A stretch of 63,220 bases of DNA, counting the filler, from Sphacelaria rigidula (Eukaryota): the NCBI GenBank assembly GCA_964200075.2. It is 5 parts of 5 records of this genome, joined end to end, with 100 filler letters (N's around TTAATTAATTAA, not from the genome) between each part and the next. Parts side by side here need not be neighbours in the genome. Positions count along the whole stretch, not along the records: positions 25,333 to 37,896 come from CAXNAA020003622.1; positions 37,997 to 50,558 come from CAXNAA020003623.1; 3 more parts are not named here. The stretch is one strand, 5' to 3'. The notes below the pieces were generated by a model. It saw only the letters and a program-made list of their open reading frames with translations. It was not told where the DNA came from and searched no databases. The position numbers were made by a program, and so were the translations under genes. Below are positions 26,280-38,699 of the stretch, piece by piece; within the stretch, counting starts at the first letter, position 1; each line of letters begins with the position of its first letter.

Positions 26280-27250
26280 CTGCACGCTGGTCGATTGCAC
26301 ATTCGGCGGCACAACCTGCGATCAATCACTGCGTAGAAAAGAACTCAATACCAAGCCACGTCGCATCAGCTTCCGCTATGAACTTTTCAACGTCCACTCT
26401 GAAGTTTCAACGCTTCCACTCTGCACTCTGACTGTATGATGATAAAAACATGTTCCGAAACTCTCAAGTGGTGTATCTTACGGCAAGTGAAACACCTCAC
26501 TCGGTGTCTTGTTTTCCCCCCAAAATATTCTACAGACGATGCTGCAATCATAGCACTATCTTCACCATGTGACTTTTCATTCGAAACACCACGCGTTATT
26601 CGGTTGACGTGAATATTGCACATCGTTGACTCAATGTCTTTCAAGCTAAAATCAGGATCGCGTTCAGCGTTATACTTAATTTATATGTAATAATCAGTTA
26701 GTCCTTTTATGACTACATCTGTTGAACGCTCTTCCGTTACTGTTTCCCTCATGCGAGTGATTTCATCTGGGAACATTGTTAAGCTTGCATGAGAAAGATG
26801 TCTGGATCTTCACCCTGTGACATGGTTCAGTTGTCCAACCGTCTCATTCAAATGCGACGTCTTCGCTTAAACGGGTTCTGGTATTTCTACATCCTGTCGC
26901 TGCCTAAGCTCATAAATCTCTTCGGGAAGATTTCTGCCGTTAAAAATTCCTGAAATTCCCAGATGTGTTGGTGAAACTGCTGCACTCGAGGAAATTTGTC
27001 CCGTCAAACTTCCATAGACTCCTGATGACTTCAGTAACGGATGGCTCTCCAGACTAACACATCCGTTACAATCTGTATCACTTCTTTTCACACCTCAATG
27101 TTTCTTGACCTCAATTTTCTTCGTCGTCCCCGTGACGGATCTATTTTATTCACACCTCAATTCTTCTCTTGATATCCTCGCTGGTAGGTAGGACGATTAC
27201 GCTCCTTTCTTGCTGCAGTTTGACGTCCTCGATGGAGCTTTGCTGGTGCT
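26280..27250 (-). mobile_element. Second, older Copia gag relic
   Basis: DEITRMRETVTEERSTDVVIKGLTDYY..IKYNAERDPDFSLKDIESTMCNIHVNR then CFTCRKIHH knuckle; parallels the gag at 15300-15600; internal stops. Confidence 0.7.
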
Positions 27251-28754
27251 GAAGGCTACGATATTGTACTGTAGTCACACAACAAAACTCAAAACCTATT
27301 GCTGCAATCAAGTATTGATGTTCAGACCTGTAAACGTGGTGAGGCTCTCACGTGTTGAAATATACACATGACTGTCGTGGCTTGCGTGACAAAAAACACG
27401 GTGGACACTGTTTTCGCGAGGTTGGGAGTAAAGGGTACGACTAAGAGTGAAAAACGACCAATCAGTTAATGGATCGTTTCAGTCCCGAAATCCCCCTCCA
27501 CGAGGCCCGATATGCTTTCTGAAATAGCTTGCCACTGAGGCCCGTGATCCCTGAGTAGGGTATCGACGTGTAGCTGTAAGCACACGGCAGTGATGGAGGC
27601 AAAGAAAAGTACACACGTAATGAAAAAATGCGGAAGTTAATGCGAATGATCGAATCCACTCTCAATCCGCGCTCTACTCTCAATCTCACGAAAACGTTGT
27701 TAGTGTTCGAGTGTCAACGTGACAGGAACAACTGGTTCAACGGGTGAACCCAGCTCTGACAAGAGAGCTCGCAGAGGCTGCACAGTGTTGGCTAAACACT
27801 TGCTTGTGCAATAACAGGAAGTTAGTTTGAACTTGGCGCTTCACTCGGCCGATTTCTTATCAAATATAATCAGTCTCTTCTCTGTAGAAAAACGAGCGGG
27901 CAGACTTACTCGAGGTGGGTCGCTTTGGAAAGTGATAGCGTAGGGCAATGCCAGTCTCTCTTGGATACTATAAAGCGGTTTATCCAAACTGTTGATCCCT
28001 TCGTCTCTTCGTACAAGCTGGACCAGCCTGAAGGCGAATTTGAAGTTTGCAGGCCAATGCGCCGGCCAATATTTAGAGTTGGAGCGTAACATTTGGTATG
28101 GACAATGCATAGGGCATTGAGAAATATGGTACTAAACCCATTTTTTTTTTAATGAGTTGAGGGCATTTCCACTGATACCTGAGAACTGATTATTGCCCTT
28201 GACTCATAGAAAACAACCTTTTGGTGCTACCGTTTTTTTCTTTTCATGCCCGATGCATTGTCCACACCAAATTTTACGCTCCAACTCAAGACATTGGCCG
28301 GCGCATTCACCTTTCCAAAAACAGGTCGGTAGAAATTCGGAACAGCATTTCGCAGGCCACTCACCGGCCCATGTTTGGTTTTTGTGTATGAAAATTTTGT
28401 GTAGGCTTCCGCTAGGGAATAGTAACCAAAACTCAATCAATAGACGGAAGGAACGAACGCAACGAGGGGGAAATAGATTATAACCCCGTATTGTACTTTG
28501 CAGCACAGCACTGCTGTACAGTGCGTTTTAGATCAGATTTGTCCCGGCCTATACGTTCACCCGCAGGATCATCCATGTTGCAGTGTCACACTGTCACACT
28601 TTTTACGTGAAAATGAGTGATGAACAGACCGTGGGGGCGATGCGATGCAACAGGGATGTGCATGTCGGGAGTGCAGAGCTTGTGCGACGGGATGGTGTGG
28701 CGCACACTTATTTTTCAAGTGAAAATAATGCAGGAACCCAGTTGAAGATAACTG

Positions 28755-29560
28755 TGTTTATATACATGCAGGAGGTGTGCTTCATCCTTACCTGCAGTAT
28801 TGTTCGGCATTTCGTAGTGTGCTGGAGAAACACGGCACCATCTATTGCACACTATATGTAGTAGCTTCCACCAGGCAGGTAAGCCTCTTGCCTGCAAACC
28901 CTGTAGCTCCTATATTCATAGTGCAATACAAAAGCATGCTGCCTGTCATCGTAAAGTTTTTCGAAGCACATCCATTCTCTCTCATACGAAGGAGCGCTGA
29001 ACCAGTCAAGGAAAGCGCTGGCATGTTCTTTCTTGAATAGGACGAGGAACAATTACACCGTCTTTTTCAGCGCCCACGTGAAGTCGTCGAGGCACCGATG
29101 ATTTTCGAGGAAACAAATTGTCCATTGTAACGGGTATAAACGTTCAAGCAAGGAAATTTCGATTCTGACAGGGAAATAGATGCTGCAGTACCCCTGACTA
29201 CTGTTCTATATGTTGCATTTCCAGCCATTTTCCGCAAAATACGATGTGATTGTTTCTCGTGATATTCACGGAAGACCGTACCAACGCTTTCCCTGACTGG
29301 TTCAGAATCCCTTTGTACGAGAGAGAATTGATATGCTTCGAAAACGTACACGATGACAGGCAGCATCCTGTTGTATTGCACTATTAATAATAGGACTTAA
29401 AGAGTTTCCAGGCAAAAGGCTTACCTACCTGATGGAAGCTGCTACATAGAGAGTACACTAGACGGAACCGTGTCTCTCCTGCTCACGTTCTCCTACGAAC
29501 TGCTGAATACTACTGCAAGTGAGTGATAGAGCACATCTTCTGCATATATATATACATAGT
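28755..29560. repeat. Long imperfect inverted repeat (arms ~28755-29070 and ~29233-29555)
   Basis: Arms align as reverse complements; ORF-track peptides QYKSMLPVIVKFFEAHPFSL (+) and QYNRMLPVIVYVFEAYQFSL (-). Confidence 0.88.
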
Positions 29561-32500
29561 CGTGCCAAGGTCCGAAAATGACGGGGGGTGGCTGTATGTG
29601 CTGAACTTTTTGGTACCTCATCTTCGGGTTGTAAATAAAAAAACGGGTCGCAACCACCTTGCACAATGCAGCGATGCAGCCCACCCCGAAACCAGTTCCC
29701 AACTCCGCCAGGAAAAAAGTGATACAAGGCGTGATAGCTGGTTCAGACTGGATGAAGCCCCTCTCATGGGCGCTATTGGCAAAACAAACCCAAGCGTGTG
29801 AGTTGTCACGAGTATCTCGCTGCTACATTTTTCCTGCTCTTCACTTCGAAAATACGCATGCACGCAAACAGCCAGCACCGTACTTGCGTCAGCAGCGGCA
29901 GTTGCGCGACGGGGACACCGCCCTGTTACGTGTTCTGTGGCGCTCAGAGGCACGTCCTGTCGAAAACATTCCGCACCATGACGGTGGTTTCTCTTTGACT
30001 CTGCTCCTCATGCTTGGGCTGCCGTACAGAAAATTCTGGGCTAGGGTTACGTCGCCAAAACTGCTCGCGTATCCCGAGCCTATTGGACGAAACAAATGAA
30101 ATTTCGATGGCGTCTTCAACCTCTCCCAAATGATGAACCTCGAATTCGATTCCACGCTGTTCTTACATCACACCGTTTGCGTAGGATTCTAACGCACTAC
30201 AGTACGTTCGATGACAACAACAGCGTGGACATGATGATGTGGGCAAGAAATACGTTGTTCATTTTACAAACGACACAACGCATTCAACACACCATGATAT
30301 GGTGGTGCTTTCGGTAGTGTCTAGACCTGTGTACTGATCGGGAGGTAACAACAGCGGTACTGCAGCAGTTCAAGCAGTCCTCGTCGCAGATCAAACCGTA
30401 TCTACAAGGCACCGCACTACCTGTCAGCTACGGGACAGGAATGCTAGCTCTGCGCACCAAGGACCTTGTTCGTTGTGAAACATGAAACAAACACACACTG
30501 AAAAGCATTTTAAACTTCGACAAGACAGCACGTGTGTGCCGACAGCAGTTCTTCGTAAGACAAGAGCAATACAGCAGCTCAGATGATCCCAGCAGAGACC
30601 AGACAGTTTTGGCGTGGTATGAACACACGAGTATACGGGAACAGGTGCAGCAAGCCTTCAGACCGCATGTTTTCGATTGAAAAGGCTTACCTGTCATGTT
30701 TTTTATAATTCCCCTGTTGCTTTTCCCATGATAAGAATGTGCTCAAGATGTAAGGATGTCCCCGCGCCCCGCTTCGGTCTGATGACTGTCACACAGCCCT
30801 TTTGGCGCAAAGTCAGAAATTCGACGGCCGATAAATACCGTGTTTTCCCAGGGACTGATTTCTGTCGTTGAGGTGTGAGGACGTGAGTACTAAAGAACAT
30901 TTGAGAATGTTGACGCCGCACGAAAGTGCTAGCCCCATGTTTGGTACCCCAAGCTGTTGCGTATATACCGGGAGCGGGGTGGTTCAATTGTTTGAGAAAA
31001 CGGACTCGTCCCTAGGACTGGTGAGGATCCGTTTCGACCGAAATAAATACATGAAAAAGTATACAGCATCAAGTGAAGGAGAAGAGCGTGTCTGCAACAT
31101 GGTCGCCGCGCAAGCCCCCGTTGTCAATAACCAACCCGCATCGCCATCCCTGCTTTCTTGCTGGATCAACCCGCGCTGACAACGGCAATGAAGTCGATGC
31201 ATAGTGACAGGAAAGGAGGATACTTGTGTGTATCTCCCAAGGAAACCCACCGTGAGGCGAGGTCGCCCGCCGCGGGCTGCGGCGCACACGTCGTCATCGA
31301 ATCAAGAAATGCGCATGACCGTTCCGGAAGCGGGCGCTGTGCGAGTTTCGCCGAGGGTACAAACTCTGAAAAGGTGTGCTTTGATCCCCTCGAGGTTTCT
31401 TCCGATATTTTCTCTGCTAGTGCCGTAGGACCTAGACGTAGCAGTGCGTGGTACGGTATCGCGACGAGAAGCCGATAATATCCGGTGCGCGTCCGAGGTA
31501 TGAGCAGTACTCTGGACGAGGGTGGATGTTTTTCGCAAGACTATGTTTTTTCATTGCATGTCCCGGTGAGATATCCCAGCCCTCACCGCCGCGTAAGTAG
31601 GTTTCCAGGATACCCTAACGCCTCTCCCATTGAATACTTCGCGTCCAGGTGCCACCTGAGCGCGTCGCCTGCTACGGGTCTCGTGGGAATGCAGGAAAAC
31701 GTCTTCATCGGGGACTTCTTTTCGTGCCTGGGGGTTTACTCTCCCGCTTTTGGCAGGTGCCTTTTCGAGTCCGCCGTAAGCTCTTTGAATGGTTTTCACC
31801 CCCTTTTTCACTCTAGATGCCATGGTGTCGAGCTATTTAGTAGATGCAGACTGAACGCCCCCTACCTTGGTGATTGTTCTGACATTCTCTCAAGTAGCAA
31901 GAAGCTAACTCCGAGACCCTTCGAGTCATACGGATGTGTACTGCTTTACTGGTGGTGGCACATTAACAGTTGGCCACAGAAGGATGCTAACCCTGATTGA
32001 TGTTACGCTGCCAAGTTGCAATAGCCGTACACCGCTGTTGCGCCTGGGGATAAAACTGGTGTTAAAAGAGCACTTTTCACCCAGATTCATTCTAAGGAAA
32101 TAACGGAACACGGAAATGCAGGTGAGGAGGTGCATGTGCACGGAGTACTAGAAGGGTATGGCCCACGATGTACATCAGAGTTACTTCGTGACCCCCGTCT
32201 TTTCGAAACGTCGCACAAGGGACAGAATGAGTAGGTCAGAAATTTTGAAAAGACTCGTGCTGAATCCATGTACGTTCATGAACTTGGTTACATCCATGTC
32301 GGTCAATCTGGAGAACTGTCAGCGTTCGCCCCAAAAGCGCAATATGGACTCAGCAACACCTGAAATATACTCGCACAGTCTGTAGCCATCGCACGGCGCA
32401 AACGGCTCCGGAGCGGACGAGAACACGCGCTTGCTACAAGTTGCCGAGAGATTACGCAAGCGACAGGGATGTTTACAAATATTTTTTGCGTTCATCCCAT

Positions 32501-34388
32501 GAGTTCCGTATGGACTCAGCAAAATCTTTGATACACCCGCTCGGTCCGTAGCCATCCTTCAAGCCATCGCACGGCCCCAACGCCAGCGTAGCGGACGAAA
32601 AACCCGCACAGTAAAGGATTTCTACAGCAGAGGTTATTTGATAATGCTTGTTATGCCATGTAACCTTGCATTACAGTGGGTATTTCACGATGGGTGTTCT
32701 CCAGTCATCAGTAATATGAGTAGCGTAAATATCTCTCCACCTCATACTAAAATCACTATAACGTTGAAGCTCGAATCCATACTAAATCCAATTTCAAACT
32801 GATCGTTTTCGGATCAATTTTTACAATATACACTCTGTCTGACGCGGTGACTCTCCCTCTCGGTGTTACATACATCTTACATATCACCTTAGCACCACGT
32901 TCTCACGGAGATGGTGCTCCGTAGACCATATCCTCGAGAGCATACGCTGTCCAGCTGTGGACCGTCGTACGTAAAGTACAGTGCAGTACGGCAGTCAAAA
33001 CACAATTTTCTTCGCAAGCGCTGACGAGCACTGAAATACGATAGCGCCCCAACTCTTGCCGCCGGATGCCATCTTGCTCAACACGACTCAACCCAGCAAG
33101 CAGAGAAAGCGATGTACACGGTGCTGTACGTTTCACTTTTCAAAATATCCAACTATCGGAAATACCCTACCCAACACACCCTTGGGATTTTGCCTGCCTC
33201 AGATCTCAAAACACAGTCCACTAATATCTCATTTTCTTCCCAAGCAGTGAGCCCAGATAAACGATTGGTGTGAGGAGATATACACTACAGTACACCACGA
33301 CAGATCGATAATCAAATAGACTGAAAGTTCCCATCGACTGTTCGCACCGCAGGCCATGCCCACCGACTCGTCGCAGCTCGCACCGTCTCGTGCCAAATGT
33401 AGCACTTCTCTTTGCCGTAAAGGGTGTTGAGTGAAACACCGGGGTTGCTCTTGCTGGTTCGAAATTTTTTCGTTTGCTTGGGACTTGTTGATTTCATGCT
33501 GAGTCGCGCAACGTCGTGATGTCCTCGCCTATTTCATTGGTGTTGCCGCGGGATGGCTCCCAGGCTGTTTATGGTGTAGTGTCGAGCGTGAAGTGCCAGC
33601 CATGGACGACACCTACCTCGCCTGAGGGGTCTCGGTATGCCTTTGTTGGGAATGCAGAGTGTTCCTTAAGCAAAGTACGGTGTTGTCAGGCTTCACGTCG
33701 GCGCCAATTTTGACCGAAACGCGTTCTGCGCACGCTGAGAGTACTTGAGGAAGTGTTGGCACTCTTCCAAGAGTCATTTTATCAAGTGGCAATATCCACG
33801 GAATATTTTGCTGTACTGTGTTTCCCTGACATGTAATCACTGCGCAGATTATTATGATCACTATTTCCGCACATGAGTCCGATTACTCGAACCCGTGGTC
33901 ACAGACGTAGGCTCGTGTTCACAATACCGTCCCTGCTATTCCTTACAACAGATGGGGTCCTCCATCATTTTGTTTGAGACTCCTGCCTGATTACAAGAGC
34001 AAAATCTGTTCAGTGGAACATTTCCAATATGAAAATAAGAAATACGTTGGGAAAAACATGAGAAGGAGCTTCTCCGAGTTCAACGCGGGGTGAAAAGAAA
34101 AAAACAGAACTACTAAGGAACGCACACCGACCGGAAATATGAAGAAAAAAAAGACGAGCATACAGATGACACAAGAAGATTCACAAGGTCACCGAGCGGG
34201 GGGCAACTCAAGAAGACCACCACCACAGCTTTTCGGAAGGACCACGGGTGGCCACTGGAGGTAACACAAATTGGACGTTACAGACGTGGTGCACGGCCTG
34301 TCACGTCCGAATCCCAGATTACAGGCACCCCAGTGGCCACCCGTGACCGCAGATGTTCTAGTGAGTGTACTACCCGATGGACCGCTGG

Positions 34389-35290
34389 TTACGTTTCGGA
34401 AGTCCTCGGTAAGCACTGGGAGAGCTTTAGTGGTCGCACAGCAAAACGTTCCTCCTTAGCGTTGCGTGCTTTCGTCCAGGCTGTCATGTACATTTTAGCC
34501 CCCTCCTCTACAGCTCGGGACCATTCGGACACATCTTGGGCGACCTGCGTCCACGATGTCGCTTGTATTCCGAAGTACGAGCAGTGGTCCGCGATACAGT
34601 ATTTTAGGCGTATTGCTGGTCGGCCTGCCGTCGTCTTCCCCCCAACCATGTCTACACGCATGATGATGTTTGGGATGTTGGGGAGGCGTTTATCGTGTAT
34701 GCGTACAACACGGCTGGCGTGTAGGAGGTTTCGCTTCATCACTGTGAACTCAATGCAGTCGTAGCCGGTGCGTTCGAGGACCTCGTGGTATGGCAGCCTG
34801 GGGTCGTCAGGAGCCCTCCGGCTTGAGGTATGCTTATAAAGGCACCTCAGCGGGTACTCTCGATGGGCCTCCCGTAACGCGCCAGCGTTTCGTGTGCGAT
34901 CGTCCAGGTCACGCAGCGGCACAGCACTACCTCGATCACTTCAGTCTTGAGGACACCAACCGTGGTGGGGAGGGCGATGTATGGGTTGTCGTATACCGCT
35001 CTGCTGTAGAAGCACGGGCAGGCCTCGCCAATGCGGCTGTGAATCTCGGGAGTGAAATTATCGATGCCGCTGATTGTTCCGCCGAGGTACAGAAATTACT
35101 CAACCTTTCTGTATATTTGGCCCGCTGCCTCCACGTAGATCGTATCCGTCTTCTTTTCCGCGAAGACAAAACCGAATGTTGGACATACTTCGACGATGGC
35201 TATCATTTTTGCCAGGCTTACCCGCGACCGCGAAGCGATGACAGCGTCGTCGGCGTATAGCATAGCCCAGAGCACCACCGCACCGCACGA
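34389..35290 (-). mobile_element. 5'-truncated non-LTR retrotransposon (RTE-clade LINE), RT C-terminal part
   Basis: LWAMLYADDAVIAS..EKKT..VE*FLYLGG..EIHSRIGEA..LLHASRVVRIHDKRLP..GRP..WTQVAQDVSEWSRAV; YADD, FxYLG and the RTE C-terminal pattern; frameshifts. Confidence 0.92.
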
Positions 35291-35635
35291 TCTGAGGTAA
35301 TCTTTCGAACCGGCATCATTTTCTTCCGGAAAAAGTGTGCATGATCCGGATGGACTACCCTCGCGGTCTAAGGCTGATGCCGGTTCAACAGATTACCTAC
35401 TCCGAGAGTTTGTATTTACGCCGCAGGACGATACACGTCGACAAATTGCACCCTGTGGGGCACGTCTGCAGGTTTCAGGGAACCTGTGCAGTGTTTCTCG
35501 CAGGGATTTGACTGTAGGGTGTTTTTTTGCGCCACACAGGACGCTTCACAGGATTTCAGGGAAACTGTACAGTGTTTCTCGCGGGGATTTGCTCGTAGGG
35601 TATGATTTTGCGCACATACAATATGCTCGACCTAG

Positions 35636-36762
35636 AGCGACCTATTTGCAGGTGGGGTATGCGAAGAAGAGCGTACAGGTTGCAAACGCCTCCAGAGCCA
35701 ACCCACGATAAACCAAATTTCAATTCGAAATGCTGCCCACACGAAACAACGGTCAGGTGCACTTCGCAGCTGTCCACAGTAGGGCAGTAAAGAAAGCATC
35801 TTGTCGTAGGGCAGAAGAACACACGCCTGCGGCGATGAGCTTCCTTCTCGATATTGACGAGAAAACAGTCGTCTTGTGTTCTTGGTCAGCCAAGCACCGC
35901 GCATGCTTGACTGTATGGATGCGCTGACAACACGGACTGTATACAGTATGCATCAGCTGCTTGCCATCGAGAATATCTCTTCATCATACTGTTGTTCCAC
36001 TGCTGTTGTACAAGACACCACGCTGTCTGTACACCGTGTCTGTGTACTGTACAGGCTATCCAAGTGGCAGCACGAGTAGCGGGAGTGGTCCTGTATTGCA
36101 TCACTTGCCAACAGTTCAGAGCACCATAGCCCCTGTATAGTTGTACCCCTGTACTGCTGTTGTCTGCTGTTCGCTGTACATAGTATACAGTCCGCACAGC
36201 AAACATCAGACAACGTTACTAGTAGTACGATGATGGTGTGATTTCACAAGTTTCCCTACTTGCGGGTATACGACCGACCGTGTAGAGTACTCAGAGCATC
36301 CAAATGTCGTTATCTGCCCGGATATACCGTGTTCCTGCGCATGGGCTGGCGGGTGTGAACGGTTGTCATTGCGCAACGCACACTCTCATGACAGGATTAC
36401 ACTCGAACACCCAGTTAATTTCATGTTGCCCATGCCGCAGCAACTATCAACCATCAACATATTTTTGTGCTTCCAAGAAATAGCCCTGAAGAAGTGCCCC
36501 GAGAAAAAACGATTGATTCCACGATTCCCGGTAGTTTGTAGCGAATAAATTATCGCCGCCTACGTTTACAGCATCCTGCCCCACAACCAGAGGAATATGA
36601 TCGGTGTTACAGCCCTGCTGTGCGCTACTACTGCGGAGTACGCCTGTTGTGTCGTGCGCTCAAGAGCATTTGAAACCGGGTGTGTCGTGGAATTGGTTCT
36701 GGAGGCGTTTGCGACCTGTACGCTCTTATTTGCATACCCCACCTGCAAATGGGTCGCGCCGT
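35636..36762. repeat. Inverted pair of ~150-bp arms (35636-35790, 36610-36762)
   Basis: ATTTGCAGGTGGGGTATGC.AA.AAGAGCGTACAGGT.GCAAACGCCTCCAGA on opposite strands. Confidence 0.8.
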
Positions 36763-38699
36763 TCACCTTGCAGCGCGGGCGCAGTAGTGGCGAAAAAACA
36801 GTTCATTTGTGACAGGGGTGGGTGAGACGTTAGTTGCCGAGAGAAGAACGCACTGAGCTTTGAACCCCCTCTAACTTGCCGTTAACGTGAACATGATTTT
36901 TGGGTTTCTAATGGATATATCAAGCAATATAACTTCAGAAACGAAAACTTGAGCACCCTTATTTCGTAATTTTGAAATGTTCGCCTGTTGGCAACTTGGG
37001 AGGAAAAGTGCTCTCTCGTGTGTAAATTACCTGTGGAGTTTGACTTTGTGGGACCCCAGCAATTTTGTACTTCAAAGTACTTGTACATTATATAGTATAG
37101 ACGATGACCCGAGATTCATGCAAGTCACCCATAACAATAACACTTTTGTTCAGCTGTACCGCACAACCCAATACACTGTCTGTCGGTAGCAATGAGCATG
37201 AGTTGGGCACAGGGATCTAGATACACACTGCCGTGGTTAGGTATGAAGTATTTCTTGTTGGTGAATGAAAACTTGATCATCTTCTTTCATGGTCGCGCGG
37301 CATCGCATGGCGACGGATCGAACCGCTATATGCACGCGGGGTATAGATAGCACGTACTCACCGCATATAGAGATGATGCATGGGCGCAGGCATCGTCAGT
37401 GCAATGCTGCACGTTGTTCAAGTCCTTTTCACGTCGCAGTGGAGGCAGAGAACAGATATAGTCTTGCGTTGTCTGTACTGTACCTTCCCCGGTTCGAAGC
37501 GCAGGCGTGTGGGCATACACTTGTGAGCAGTGTGTGGGATTTCTATTCAGGAAGAACTGTTGAGAATCCATCCTTCAGCCCAATTGATACATGAACTGAG
37601 GGGCAAGAGGATAAAGCGTTTTCATAGTTTTTTTTGCGTCTCGGATCCCATCCGCTGATGACGGCTCAGTATGCAGGATCTGCACAGCTGATGCTGTTCG
37701 CAATGATTCTCGTTTTGCCCAACTTCTGGATGAATTGGCGAGCAAAGTGAGGATTTATTTCGAGCTTTTACTGTTCAAATTCCAAATCTGCCGGTGTGCA
37801 TGCGATTCGTACAGGAGGAGAGAACAACAAATTGTGAGAATTGAGGTTTAACTTCGAGATGAGGCTCAAGCCTAAAACAGTGCTTTCCCCACACTTNNNN
37901 NNNNNNNNNNNNNNNNNNNNNNNNNNNNNNNNNNNNNNNNTTAATTAATTAANNNNNNNNNNNNNNNNNNNNNNNNNNNNNNNNNNNNNNNNNNNNCACT
38001 TCCAGAGACAGCCACGGCTTACACACTGCCTCATGGGTGTCTCACCATTCAAACACTGCGTAGTTCGACCATCCCCTTTGCGCGGAGTTGAGGTTCTCCC
38101 ACCTCGCCCAATATGATCTAGCTCGACCACCATCATGGTGACCGCGAGAAAAATGCAAGCGTACAAGGACAAATGGGTAACCTGGTCGCCTAGCTCACGC
38201 AGTGAGTGGCGTGTTTTACAGCGTCATTGCCGACCGACCCCAACCCCATACGAGCTGGGCCAGCCGAGAAGCGGATTTGTAGTTTGCAGGCGAATTCTCA
38301 TTTATTTTTACAAAGTTGGGCAATATGAATTGGTACGGACAATCAACATGGCATGAAAAAAATAATTATGCCGGGTCTCAAGATTTGTTTTCCGTGACTT
38401 AGCGGCATTTTCATAAAACCTGACAACTGTTTTTTGTACATACTCTTCGCCGATAGCAGCGGCGGCAGTGGTGGTGAGGCCGGAGGGATCGTCTGGTGAT
38501 GGCGGGACGTTGGAGCTTGGGGGCCAGTCGGGATAGTGGGGGATGGCGTGCTCATCGGTGGAATAGAGGGTCGGACTTCGGTTTCTGTGGGAGCATGCCG
38601 GCGCCCGGATAGGGTTGGGTTCCAGGAGCTAGCGCGCAATGTTCTGAAATAGCATATGGGAGGTTGTGATCGTTACATGCTGGTTCCCGTTTTTAGGGG

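Noticed and set aside
27025..27060. FSNGWLSR on the plus strand as a CENP-B/pogo HTH motif
   Set aside because: No surrounding homology; the region reads better as Copia gag on the minus strand.
29600..33900. Possible decayed coding or TE sequence in scaffold 3
   Set aside because: No motif could be assigned; only a degenerate tandem duplication at ~32340-32600 is visible.
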